A stretch of 64,000 nt of DNA, taken from the NCBI GenBank assembly GCA_963813155.1, contig CAWEYG010000003.1, positions 576,001-640,000 on the forward strand, read 5' to 3'. The position numbers and the translations under genes are program-made. This document shows positions 29,646 to 38,438 of the stretch, one piece after another; position 1 is the stretch's first letter; each line of letters opens with the position of its first letter. The stretch is from an uncultured Acidobacteriota bacterium. GTDB lineage: Bacteria; Acidobacteriota; Thermoanaerobaculia; UBA5066; DATFVB01. Under the pieces are notes generated by a model. It was not told the origin of the DNA and did no database searches. It saw only the letters and a list, made by a program, of their open reading frames with translations.

Positions 29646-31880
29646 ATGACCTGGGAACTACCGATCATCTTCATCTGCTCCGCCGGAGCTCTCGTCTTCG
29701 CCTGGGGCCTGGCCCGGTGGGTGCTCCGAAGGGACACGGGCACTCCCGCGATGAAAGCCATCTCCGACGCGATCAAGGAAGGCGCCGAGGCCTTCATGCG
29801 GCGGCAGAACCGGACGATCCTTTTTCTGGCGGCTCTGTTCGCCGCGATTCTCTTCATCGGCTACGGCTTCGTGCGGAGTCACCACGACTTCGACCCGGTC
29901 GCGAGCTCGATGACCCTCGCGAGCTGGATCACGCTGTCCTTCGTCTTCGGCGCGCTCTGCTCGGTCTTCGCCGGCTACATCGGAATGTGGGTCTCGATCC
30001 GCGCGAACATCCGGACCGCCTCGGCCGCGCGCACGTCCCTGAACGACGCTCTCCGAATCGCGCTTCGGGGCGGGGCGGTTTCCGGGCTCCTGGTCGTCGC
30101 GATGAGTCTGCTCGGCGTCGCCGGCCTCTACGCCCTCGTGAACGCCGTCAGCCACGTCGAGGTGACGAAGATTCCCCTGCTGATCGTCGGCTACGGGTTC
30201 GGGGCCTCCTTCGTCGCGCTTTTCGCGCAGGTCGGAGGGGGAATTTACACGAAAGCCGCGGACGTCGGAGCCGACCTCGTCGGAAAAGTCGAGGCGGGAA
30301 TTCCGGAGGACGATCCGCGGAATCCGGCTGTCATCGCCGACCTCGTCGGCGACAACGTCGGCGACTGCGCAGGCCGCGGCGCGGACCTGTTCGAGTCGAC
30401 GGCCGCGGAAAACATCGGCGCCATGATCCTCGGGGCCTCGCTCGCCTCTTATGCGGACAGGGCGGGAATGGGATTTTCGGCTGGCATCGTCGGCGTGATG
30501 CTGTTTCCGCTCGTCGCGCGCGCGTTCGGCATCATTGCTTCGATCATCGGCATCATGTCCGTGAGGATGGATCGCGAAGAGAAGATGGATCCGATGCAGG
30601 CCCTGAACCGCGGGTACTACATCGCCGTCGTGCTCGCGATGGCCGCGTTTGGCGGCACGAGCTACTGGCTGCTCAACAGCCCGGCGGCCCCGCAGGCCTG
30701 GTGGCACTTCTTTCTCTGCGGCGTCCTCGGCGTCCTGACTTCCGTCGCCTTCGTCTACATCACGCAGTACTACACCGAGTACAAGTACCGCCCGGTCCAG
30801 TCGATCGCGGAGGCCTCCAAGACGGGTCCGGCCACGAACATCATCGCCGGCATCGGCGTCGGTCTCGAGTGCACGTGGATGCCCGCGCTCGTGATGGGCG
30901 CGGCCCTGCTCGGTTCGTACTACCTCGGCCGCGCGAGCGGCCTGCCGCACGCCGGCCTCTTCGGCACGGCCGTCGCGACCATGGGGATGCTCGCGACGGC
31001 GGCCTACATCCTCGCGATGGACACCTTCGGCCCGATCACCGACAACGCGGGCGGAATCGTCGAAATGTCACAACAGCCCGAAGACATCCGACGCAAGACC
31101 GACCGGCTCGATTCTGTCGGCAATACGACGAAGGCGCTCACGAAAGGCTACGCGATCGGCTCGGCCGGCCTCGCGGCCTTCCTTCTCTTCCAGGCGTACA
31201 TGGACGAGGTCGTCCAGTACGCCGGCCTCGGCGAAGGGTTCACCTTCCGCGTGGACCTGAGCAAGCCCGTCGTCTTCGTCGGCGCGCTCCTCGGAGCGAT
31301 GCTGGTCTTCCTTTTCTCGGCGATGTGCATCCGGGCCGTCGGTTCCGCGGCGCAGGCGATCATTCAGGAAGTTCGCCGTCAATACGCGAAATTGACCCGC
31401 GTGAACGACATCATCCAGTTTCCCGCCGACTTCAAGCCGGACTACGGCTCCTGCGTCGACATCGTCACGAAGTCCGCTCTGCAGAAAATGGTCGCGCCCG
31501 GCCTGCTCGTGGTGCTGAGCCCGATCGCGGTCGGTCTGACGTTCAAGGTCTTCATCAACCCCGGCGACAAGCTCATTGCCGCCGAGGCCGTCGCCGGAAT
31601 GCTGATGGTCGGCACGATCGTCGGCATCCTGATGGCGCTGTTCCTCAACAACAGCGGCGGAGCCTGGGACAACGCCAAGAAGTACATCGAGACGGGCGCG
31701 CACGGCGGGAAGTATCTGACCGGACCGGATGGGAAGAAGACCAAGAACCCGACTCACGGCGCCGCCGTGGTGGGCGACACGGTCGGAGATCCCTTCAAAG
31801 ATACGGCGGGGCCGTCTCTCCACGTGCTCATCAAGCTGCTCTCGACAATCACGCTGGTGCTCGCCCCGCTCTTCCTCTGA
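29646..31880 (+). CDS. hppA: Membrane-bound pyrophosphatase, K+-independent H+-PPase signature
   Basis: GGGIYTKAADVGADLVGKVEAGIPEDD, DNVGD, GNTTKA, GDTVGDPFKDTAGP. Confidence 0.95.
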   Translation: MTWELPIIFICSAGALVFAWGLARWVLRRDTGTPAMKAISDAIKEGAEAFMRRQNRTILFLAALFAAILFIGYGFVRSHHDFDPVASSMTLASWITLSFVFGALCSVFAGYIGMWVSIRANIRTASAARTSLNDALRIALRGGAVSGLLVVAMSLLGVAGLYALVNAVSHVEVTKIPLLIVGYGFGASFVALFAQVGGGIYTKAADVGADLVGKVEAGIPEDDPRNPAVIADLVGDNVGDCAGRGADLFESTAAENIGAMILGASLASYADRAGMGFSAGIVGVMLFPLVARAFGIIASIIGIMSVRMDREEKMDPMQALNRGYYIAVVLAMAAFGGTSYWLLNSPAAPQAWWHFFLCGVLGVLTSVAFVYITQYYTEYKYRPVQSIAEASKTGPATNIIAGIGVGLECTWMPALVMGAALLGSYYLGRASGLPHAGLFGTAVATMGMLATAAYILAMDTFGPITDNAGGIVEMSQQPEDIRRKTDRLDSVGNTTKALTKGYAIGSAGLAAFLLFQAYMDEVVQYAGLGEGFTFRVDLSKPVVFVGALLGAMLVFLFSAMCIRAVGSAAQAIIQEVRRQYAKLTRVNDIIQFPADFKPDYGSCVDIVTKSALQKMVAPGLLVVLSPIAVGLTFKVFINPGDKLIAAEAVAGMLMVGTIVGILMALFLNNSGGAWDNAKKYIETGAHGGKYLTGPDGKKTKNPTHGAAVVGDTVGDPFKDTAGPSLHVLIKLLSTITLVLAPLFL

Positions 31881-31889
31881 GTCGGTACC

Positions 31890-32603
31890 CTAGCGTCGAT
31901 TTCCGGCCCCGCCGCGAGGCGGGGCTTTTTCTTGTTCGGAAGGTTTCCGGTGAATGTCGGCGCTGACGAAATGAACGTCGGAGGGCGGCCGGAAAATCCC
32001 CGGGTCGAGCTTCCCGTCGAAGACCATTCGAGTGTTCAGGATCTCGAAATGTCCCCCGAATCCGCGGTTCACGTACCTCACGGGAAAAGGACGGTCTTCG
32101 CGAAGCCAGACCGTTCCCTCCCATACCACCCGAAGCAACCCGTCCCGAAAACGAAACGCGTACTTCACGGTCCGGACCCCTTCGATCGTGTCATAGCCGG
32201 CGAACTGGAAATGTCCGGCCTTGAACATTTCCGGAAGAACCCGGAGCACCTCCAGAGCGTCCGGTTCTCCCGTGACGCGCGGGCTGCCGGCAAAGACCCC
32301 CTTCTTGCCCTCTTTCGACTCCGCGTCCCACTGATAGGCGCTGCCGCCGCCCACGAGCAGGAAGGAGACTTTTCCCTGGCTGGTCATTTCCTTCAGGATG
32401 CCGAGCGGGGAAATCCAGTACCGCGACGAGAGCGACGGGCCCGTCTCCCATCGAAGAAGGGAGCTGAACGTGGCGCTCTGGAACGGATAGGCACCCACGG
32501 CGGCCGGCTTTGGCACCGTCTTCGGCGGAGCCGGGTTGCACGCGGCGGACCCGAGAAGGGCGGCCGCGAAGAGAAGGCGTGAGGGAGTCAGACGAAACGG
32601 CAT
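31890..32603 (-). CDS. Hypothetical lipoprotein (LolA-like fold possible)
   Basis: LLGSAAC lipobox; G.DTIEG..T.KY and DPGIFRPP pattern. Confidence 0.7.
   Translation of the reverse strand: MPFRLTPSRLLFAAALLGSAACNPAPPKTVPKPAAVGAYPFQSATFSSLLRWETGPSLSSRYWISPLGILKEMTSQGKVSFLLVGGGSAYQWDAESKEGKKGVFAGSPRVTGEPDALEVLRVLPEMFKAGHFQFAGYDTIEGVRTVKYAFRFRDGLLRVVWEGTVWLREDRPFPVRYVNRGFGGHFEILNTRMVFDGKLDPGIFRPPSDVHFVSADIHRKPSEQEKAPPRGGAGNRR
31906..31935 (+). terminator. Rho-independent terminator
   Basis: GCCCCGCC-GCGA-GGCGGGGC followed by TTTTTCTT. Confidence 0.88.
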
Positions 32604-33730
32604 AACACCTCGCTGGAGACGAGAAAACCCGCTTCCGACAGAGCGTAATGTCCCTGCCGGCGGACGATGAGCCCGTCCTCGACCCATTGTTGCCAGTCGC
32701 TCCGCAGCCGGGAGTCCCCGTGCCGTGCGAGCCACGAATCCAGGTCCGCGGCGGGAACCCCTTCCGCCGTCCGGGCGCCGAGGAAAATCCGCTCCCGGGC
32801 CGCTTCGTCGCCGCCGACCTCGCGATCGGACGCGGACGGGCGAATCCCCGCCTCGAGCCGGTCGATGTAGAGCCGAAGCGAAGCCGTATTCGCGCGCCGC
32901 CGGCCGTTCCAGAATTCGTGCGCGGAAACCCCGAAGCCGAGCGTCGGCGATCGGCTCCAGTACTTCGAGTTGTGCCGGGCGCGCCGCCCCGGAAGAGCCC
33001 AGCTCGAGACTTCGTAGTGATCGAAACCGCGGCGCCGAAGCGACTCCGAGGCCTTCAGGTAGAGAGCTGCCTGCGCGTCGTCGGAAAGGTAATGCCCGGG
33101 ACGCGCTCGCCGGTCCTCCGCGAGACGGTGCGCCTGGTCGAGCTCGAGCAGATAGATCGAGACGTGGCCGGCGCCCGAGGAAACGACCTCATCGACGTCG
33201 GAGAGAAACGCCTCTCCGGACTGCCCGGGGAGGCCGAGAATGAGATCCGCCGAGACCTCCATTCCGGACCTGGCGGCGTCCGCGAGGGCGGCCCGGGCGC
33301 GGTGCGCGGTGTGGACCCTTCCGATCTCCCGGAGCGCTCCGTCGTCAAACGCCTGAATGCCCAGCGAGAGTCGAGTCACGCCGCCGGCCAGCCACCCGGC
33401 GAGGGACGAGGGCGAAACGTCCTCAGGGTTCGCCTCGAGCGTGATCTCGGCGCCCGGAAGCATCGAAAACCGCGCCCGAAGATCGGCCAGGAGCGTCGAG
33501 ACCTCGTCCGGGGAGAGGCGGGAGGGCGTTCCGCCGCCGAAAGAGATGGAATCGAACTCCGCGCCCCTCGCTTCCGCCGCGACGATCTCGATCTCCCGGC
33601 GGAGGGCCCGGAAGTACGACGACCGCGTCGACTCCTCCGTCGAAATCGTGAACGAACAGTAGGAGCAGTGGCGGGCGCAATAAGGCCAGTGTACGTAAAT
33701 CCCCGCGGGACCGCCGGCGGCCGCCGTCAC
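32588..33730 (-). CDS. hemW: Radical SAM heme chaperone
   Basis: IYVHWPYCARHCSYCSF, FGGGTPS, EANP, HYEVSS, HNSKYW. Confidence 0.92.
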   Translation of the reverse strand: MTAAAGGPAGIYVHWPYCARHCSYCSFTISTEESTRSSYFRALRREIEIVAAEARGAEFDSISFGGGTPSRLSPDEVSTLLADLRARFSMLPGAEITLEANPEDVSPSSLAGWLAGGVTRLSLGIQAFDDGALREIGRVHTAHRARAALADAARSGMEVSADLILGLPGQSGEAFLSDVDEVVSSGAGHVSIYLLELDQAHRLAEDRRARPGHYLSDDAQAALYLKASESLRRRGFDHYEVSSWALPGRRARHNSKYWSRSPTLGFGVSAHEFWNGRRRANTASLRLYIDRLEAGIRPSASDREVGGDEAARERIFLGARTAEGVPAADLDSWLARHGDSRLRSDWQQWVEDGLIVRRQGHYALSEAGFLVSSEVLCRFV

Positions 33731-34713
33731 CGGGGCACCGCCTTCGGCTCTCCGATCGTTTCGTCGACGACCCGCCATTCGCGGGTCCCGGGAGAGACGA
33801 GCAGGCGCATGTTCCCCTGCCTCGCCAGCTCCGCGAGATCGCGGCCGAAATCTTCGATCCGCCGCGCCGCGCTGCGCAGCACCGACGCCTCCGGCTCGCC
33901 GGACCGGTCGGCCTCCGCGTCCAGCGCCTCCCGGGCTCGCAGGTTCGCCTCGAAATCGCGCCTCCCCCTCGGAAGGGGAACCCGCGCGGCCAGGCCCGCG
34001 GCGCCGGCCTCTTCCGCGAAGGCTAGGCGGGCGCGCGGGAGCTCGTCCGCCCAGTCTCGGTGATGGAGCTCGTCGAAATAGGAGTCGGACCGCTCCGGAA
34101 ACCGGGCCGCGAAATCCGAGTGAATCGCGGAGCGCGAGTAGCCGTCGGGGACGATTTCGAACGGCGCCACGAAGTCGAGCCGGGCCTCCCGGACGCGCGC
34201 GAGAAACGCCCGCAGGAACTCCCGCTCCGCCGTCCATCCGGGGATCAGCGGCAGCGCGACGCCGGCTTTTCCCTCTCTTCGCGAATCGAGGCGACCCCAG
34301 AGGCTCTCATCCTCGCTCGCTCGCCACGTCGCGATTCGGACGACATCCGGTCCGTCCGGGAGGTCCCGAAAGCCGCAAAGAGAATCGACGACGACCGAGC
34401 CCCTTCCCGAATCTCGGGCCGCTTCGATCGCCGCGGCGCCGGCGCCGTACACCTTCTCGCAAGCGGCGATCGGCCCGATCAGAACGGACCCGGGAGGGGC
34501 GGCGAAGAGCGTCTCTTCCCACCGCTCGGCGGAGTCGGGGCCAGCGGCGACTTCGATCTCTTCCGCCGCCTTCCGGTATCCGCCCTTCCAGGGATCCGCC
34601 CCGGGAAGATCGAGCCCGACGTACGGAATCATGCGGGTCCGGCTGCGGACGCCCGGAAACGGTGCGAATTCGCCCCGCCGGACGGCGGCGGGTCCCGTGG
34701 AGTAGAGGATCAT
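33727..34713 (-). CDS. Hypothetical protein, possibly a degenerate radical-SAM-fold protein
   Basis: Start overlaps ribE stop and stop overlaps hemW start; IPYVG and LPLIPGWT echo Rv2578c/SplB-like motifs. Confidence 0.65.
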   Translation of the reverse strand: MILYSTGPAAVRRGEFAPFPGVRSRTRMIPYVGLDLPGADPWKGGYRKAAEEIEVAAGPDSAERWEETLFAAPPGSVLIGPIAACEKVYGAGAAAIEAARDSGRGSVVVDSLCGFRDLPDGPDVVRIATWRASEDESLWGRLDSRREGKAGVALPLIPGWTAEREFLRAFLARVREARLDFVAPFEIVPDGYSRSAIHSDFAARFPERSDSYFDELHHRDWADELPRARLAFAEEAGAAGLAARVPLPRGRRDFEANLRAREALDAEADRSGEPEASVLRSAARRIEDFGRDLAELARQGNMRLLVSPGTREWRVVDETIGEPKAVPR

Positions 34714-35297
34714 CGGCGCTTCAGCAGCGATTCCGCGAATTTCGCCATCATGTCCGCTTCGAAGTTCAGGACATCCCCCGCCGAACGGTGCCGAAGCGTC
34801 GTCTCGCGCAGCGTGAACGGGATGACGGCGACGGAGAAACGATTCCCCCGAACGGCGATCGCCGTGAGCGAGATTCCGTCGAGCGCGACGGATCCCTTCT
34901 CGACGACGTAACGGGAAAGCCGCGCGGGAATCGAGAACGTCAGGACCCGGCCCTCGCCTTCCGGCCGGATGGATCGCACGAGCGCCAGGCCGTCGACATG
35001 CCCGGCGACGAGATGGCCGGAGAGCCGGTCGGACAACCGCACCGCCCTCTCGAGGTTCACCGGATCCCCTCGCCGAAGGATTCCGAGAGAGCTCTTCGCG
35101 AGCGTCTCGGGAGAGAGATCGGCGCGGAACAGCGGGCCGGCCGAGATCGCCGTGAGGCAGACGCCCGACACCGCAACGCTCTCGCCCTTTCGAAATTTCC
35201 CGAACCGGACCGGAGGCCGGATCTCGAGGCGGGCCCCGCCTTCCCGTTCGCTCCACTCGGCGACCTTGCCGACCGATTCGACGATGCCCGAAAACAT
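34710..35297 (-). CDS. ribE: Riboflavin synthase
   Basis: MFSGIVE, GESVAVSGVCLT, GHLVAGHVDG, KGSVALDGISLT. Confidence 0.95.
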   Translation of the reverse strand: MFSGIVESVGKVAEWSEREGGARLEIRPPVRFGKFRKGESVAVSGVCLTAISAGPLFRADLSPETLAKSSLGILRRGDPVNLERAVRLSDRLSGHLVAGHVDGLALVRSIRPEGEGRVLTFSIPARLSRYVVEKGSVALDGISLTAIAVRGNRFSVAVIPFTLRETTLRHRSAGDVLNFEADMMAKFAESLLKRR

Positions 35298-36376
35298 CAG
35301 GTCCGCCCCGTCACGAGGATGTCTCCCCCGATCTCTTCGACGCGGACCGCGCCGAGCGTCGACGCGCGCGACAGTCGGACGTCTCCCCCGCCGAGCAGCG
35401 GGTAGGAATCGCGCCCACCGAGGAGGCGGGGCGAATAGAAAATCGCCCACCGGTCGATCAGTTTCTTCCGATGAAATTCCGTCAACGTCGCCGTCCCCCC
35501 CTCGACGATCAATCCCGTCACCGACTCCCGGCCGAGACGGGCGAGGGCCTTTTTCAGATCGACCCGGCCGTCCCGGCCCGCGGCCACGACGACTTCGACG
35601 CCGAGGGACCGAAGCCGGCGTTCCTTGGCCGCGTTCGCACGCGACGTCCAGACTTCGACGCCCTCCGGTTCGCGGAAGATCTCGGCCGATTCCGGCACCG
35701 AAAAGCTCCCGTCCAGGACGATTCTCCTCTGGGGTGTCGTCCTGTTCCAGCCGAGCCGGCGGGTCAGCCGCGCCCGGTCCAGAACGGCGGTGCGGGCCCC
35801 GATCAGAACCGCGTCGAACTCCTCCCGCCATTCGAGCGATCGCCGGCGCGACTCCCGGCCCGAAATCCAGCGGGAGAACCCGCGAGAATCGGCGATGCGC
35901 CCGTCGAGCGTGGCGGCGACTTTCGCGAGGACGAAGGGGCGCCGCTCGGTCACCCACAGGTCGAACCGCTCGTTCTGAAGGGCCGATTCTTCGCGGAGAA
36001 GCCCGGCCTCGACCGCGAGGCCGGCGCGGCGGAGGAACCGAAGTCCCCGCCCGGCGACGACCGGATTCGGATCGCGCCTCGCGGCGACGACCCGCGCGAC
36101 TCCCGCTTCGACGATCGCCTTCGCGCACGGGCCCGTTCTCCCGCGGTGGGAGCACGGCTCGAGCGTCGTGTAGAGCGTCGAGCCTCGCGCGTCGTGCGCC
36201 GCCGCCCGGAGCGCCGCGATCTCCGCGTGGGGACCGCCGGCCCGGCGATGGAATCCTTCGCCGACGACCCGGCCCCGCCGGACGACCACGGACCCGACCA
36301 TCGGGTTCGGGGACGTCGAGTATCTTCCCCGCTCGGCGAGACGAAGGGCCCGGCGCATCCACTCCTCGTCGTTCAC
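35297..36376 (-). CDS. ribD: Riboflavin biosynthesis deaminase/reductase
   Basis: PNPMVG, HAE, TLEPCSH, LDGRIA, VEGG. Confidence 0.95.
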   Translation of the reverse strand: MNDEEWMRRALRLAERGRYSTSPNPMVGSVVVRRGRVVGEGFHRRAGGPHAEIAALRAAAHDARGSTLYTTLEPCSHRGRTGPCAKAIVEAGVARVVAARRDPNPVVAGRGLRFLRRAGLAVEAGLLREESALQNERFDLWVTERRPFVLAKVAATLDGRIADSRGFSRWISGRESRRRSLEWREEFDAVLIGARTAVLDRARLTRRLGWNRTTPQRRIVLDGSFSVPESAEIFREPEGVEVWTSRANAAKERRLRSLGVEVVVAAGRDGRVDLKKALARLGRESVTGLIVEGGTATLTEFHRKKLIDRWAIFYSPRLLGGRDSYPLLGGGDVRLSRASTLGAVRVEEIGGDILVTGRT

Positions 36377-36380
36377 GGCT

Positions 36381-37304
36381 TCAGTCCAGAAGGGCCGCGG
36401 CGAATTCCCGCGGGTCGAACGGGATCAGGTCGTCCTGCCCCTCGCCGACGCCAACGGCCACGACGGGGATCCCGAGCTCGCGCAGTATCGCGAGAACGAT
36501 TCCTCCCTTGGCCGTTCCGTCGAGCTTCGTCAGGACGACGCCGGTCACGCCGGCCGCCTCGACGAACTTCTTGGCCTGCGCGAGCCCGTTTCCGCCGGTC
36601 GTCGCGTCGATGACCAGGAGACAGCGGTGGGGAGCGCCGGGGATCTCCCGGCCGGCGACGCGCCGCATTTTCGCGAGCTCCTCCATCAGATTGAACTTCG
36701 TGTGCAGCCTGCCGGCGGTGTCGACATACAGGACGTCCGCCCTGCGCGCCCGCGCCGCCGCGATCGCGTCGAACAGCACCGCGGCCGGATCCGATCCCTC
36801 GCGGTGTTTCACGACTTCGACTCCGATCCGGTCGCCCCAGGTCTGCAGCTGCTCGACCGCCGCGGCGCGAAACGTGTCGGCCGCCGCCAGGATCGCCTTT
36901 CGGCCGGCAGCCGCGTCCCGGGCGGCGAGTTTCGCGGCCGTCGTGGTCTTCCCCGTGCCGTTCACGCCGACGATGAACACCACTTCGGGAGATCCCGACG
37001 GCGGCGCTTCGCGGGGAGCCGCGGCGAGCAACGCGTCGATCTCCTCGCGGAGCAGGACCCTCAGCTGGGGAAGGTCCTCGGGACGATAGCGCTTCGCCCG
37101 GCCGGCGACGCCCGCGACCAGAACGGCGGCGGTCGGGGCCCCGACGTCGGCGGCGAGCAGCGCCTCCTCGAGGGTTTCGAGCACGCTCTCGTCGTAACCG
37201 AGGGTCTCCCGGACGGCCCCCTCGAGCTTCTCGAGGAGCTCCGTGTGGGTCATGAACAGACCGCGCTTGATCTTCGAAAAGAATCCGGAGGCCGGCTCGG
37301 CCAT
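36381..37304 (-). CDS. ftsY: SRP receptor
   Basis: GVNGTGKTTT, DTFRAAAVEQL, DTAGRL, TKLDGTAKGG. Confidence 0.97.
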   Translation of the reverse strand: MAEPASGFFSKIKRGLFMTHTELLEKLEGAVRETLGYDESVLETLEEALLAADVGAPTAAVLVAGVAGRAKRYRPEDLPQLRVLLREEIDALLAAAPREAPPSGSPEVVFIVGVNGTGKTTTAAKLAARDAAAGRKAILAAADTFRAAAVEQLQTWGDRIGVEVVKHREGSDPAAVLFDAIAAARARRADVLYVDTAGRLHTKFNLMEELAKMRRVAGREIPGAPHRCLLVIDATTGGNGLAQAKKFVEAAGVTGVVLTKLDGTAKGGIVLAILRELGIPVVAVGVGEGQDDLIPFDPREFAAALLD

Positions 37305-37312
37305 AGTGCTCC

Positions 37313-37672
37313 TCAGAGATTGGCGCGAAGCTGTTCGGCGGCGCGGCCGAGCTCTCGCCGGGCAAGGGACTGCGGGACGGCATCGCTCGCGAGGAGAACG
37401 ACGTAATAGCCGTCCTGGAGCGATTCCGTGAACACGCAGGAGTCGCCGAACTGGATCGTGAAGCTTCGGATCTCCCCCAGGCCGCAGCGCGCGAAAGCCC
37501 GGCCGAGGTCCCGAAGATAAATCCCCTGGTACGCCCCGATGACGCGGTGCGCGTGGTCGTCTCCGTCGCGGCGAGCGGCGACGACCGCCTCTCCCTCGTT
37601 GTCGAGCAGCACGGCCGCGTAAAGGCCCTCCAGCGCGGCGACGAGCGCCTCGAGGATCTTCTGAAGGATCAA
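37313..37672 (-). CDS. Roadblock/LC7-like protein
   Basis: 119 aa; AAVLLDNEGEAV...YYVVLLA...ARRELGRAAEQL pattern. Confidence 0.7.
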   Translation of the reverse strand: MILQKILEALVAALEGLYAAVLLDNEGEAVVAARRDGDDHAHRVIGAYQGIYLRDLGRAFARCGLGEIRSFTIQFGDSCVFTESLQDGYYVVLLASDAVPQSLARRELGRAAEQLRANL

Positions 37673-37679
37673 GTCCGCC

Positions 37680-38438
37680 TCAGTGGGGTTTCTCCATGAG
37701 TTCCTGCCCGAGCAGCACGCGCGCCCGAACGGCCTCGGGAGCGTCGGGAGAGAGCTCGGAGATCCGCTGGAGGTAACGGCGCCCGAGCTCGTCCTGTTTC
37801 AGGGCGAGCAAGCCGGCGCCCACGCGGAACATTGCCTCGAGGTTGTCTTTCTTGATCCGGAGCGCGGCCAGGTAGTCCGTCACGGCTCCCCGCTCGTCGC
37901 GAAGGAGCTCCCGGCATTCTCCCCTCGCGATCAGGGCGTCGAACGACTCCGGGTCCAGCGCGATCGCGCGCGTCAGGGCGTCCTCCGATTCGGTGTACAG
38001 GCCGCGGCGCATCCTCGCCCGGCCGAGATTGATGAGAGCAGATTCCCTGTCGGCTGGAAGCGTTGACTCGAAAGCCTTCAGAAAGTCGGCCTCGGCGCCC
38101 GAAAGGTCGCCGAGCGCCATTCGCGCCGCCCCCCGGTTATTCAGATACGCGCCGCGAGAGGAGATCTGAAGGGCCTTGTCGAATTCCACGAGCGCCTCCT
38201 TGGCGCGGCCCAGCATCAGCAGCGAAAGGCCGTGCCCGTCGCGCATCTCGGGATTCTCGGGATCCTGGGGAATCGCCTTCTTGAAGGACGCCTCCGCGTC
38301 GACCGCGTTGCCCTGCTGAAGCAAGACCGTCGCCATCCGCTCGGTCAGGTACAGCTCCGACGGGGGCATTTTTTTCGCGCCGGTCTGGCAGGCGGCTGTG
38401 CAGAGCAGCGCGCCGAAAAGCGAGAGCGCCCGCCTCAT
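37680..38438 (-). CDS. TPR lipoprotein (PilF/Tgl-like)
   Basis: TAAC lipobox, multiple TPRs (YLNNRG, ALINLG). Confidence 0.85.
   Translation of the reverse strand: MRRALSLFGALLCTAACQTGAKKMPPSELYLTERMATVLLQQGNAVDAEASFKKAIPQDPENPEMRDGHGLSLLMLGRAKEALVEFDKALQISSRGAYLNNRGAARMALGDLSGAEADFLKAFESTLPADRESALINLGRARMRRGLYTESEDALTRAIALDPESFDALIARGECRELLRDERGAVTDYLAALRIKKDNLEAMFRVGAGLLALKQDELGRRYLQRISELSPDAPEAVRARVLLGQELMEKPH

Noticed and set aside
36376-36381. FMN riboswitch before ribD
   Set aside because: ribD starts a few bases after ftsY; no room for a leader
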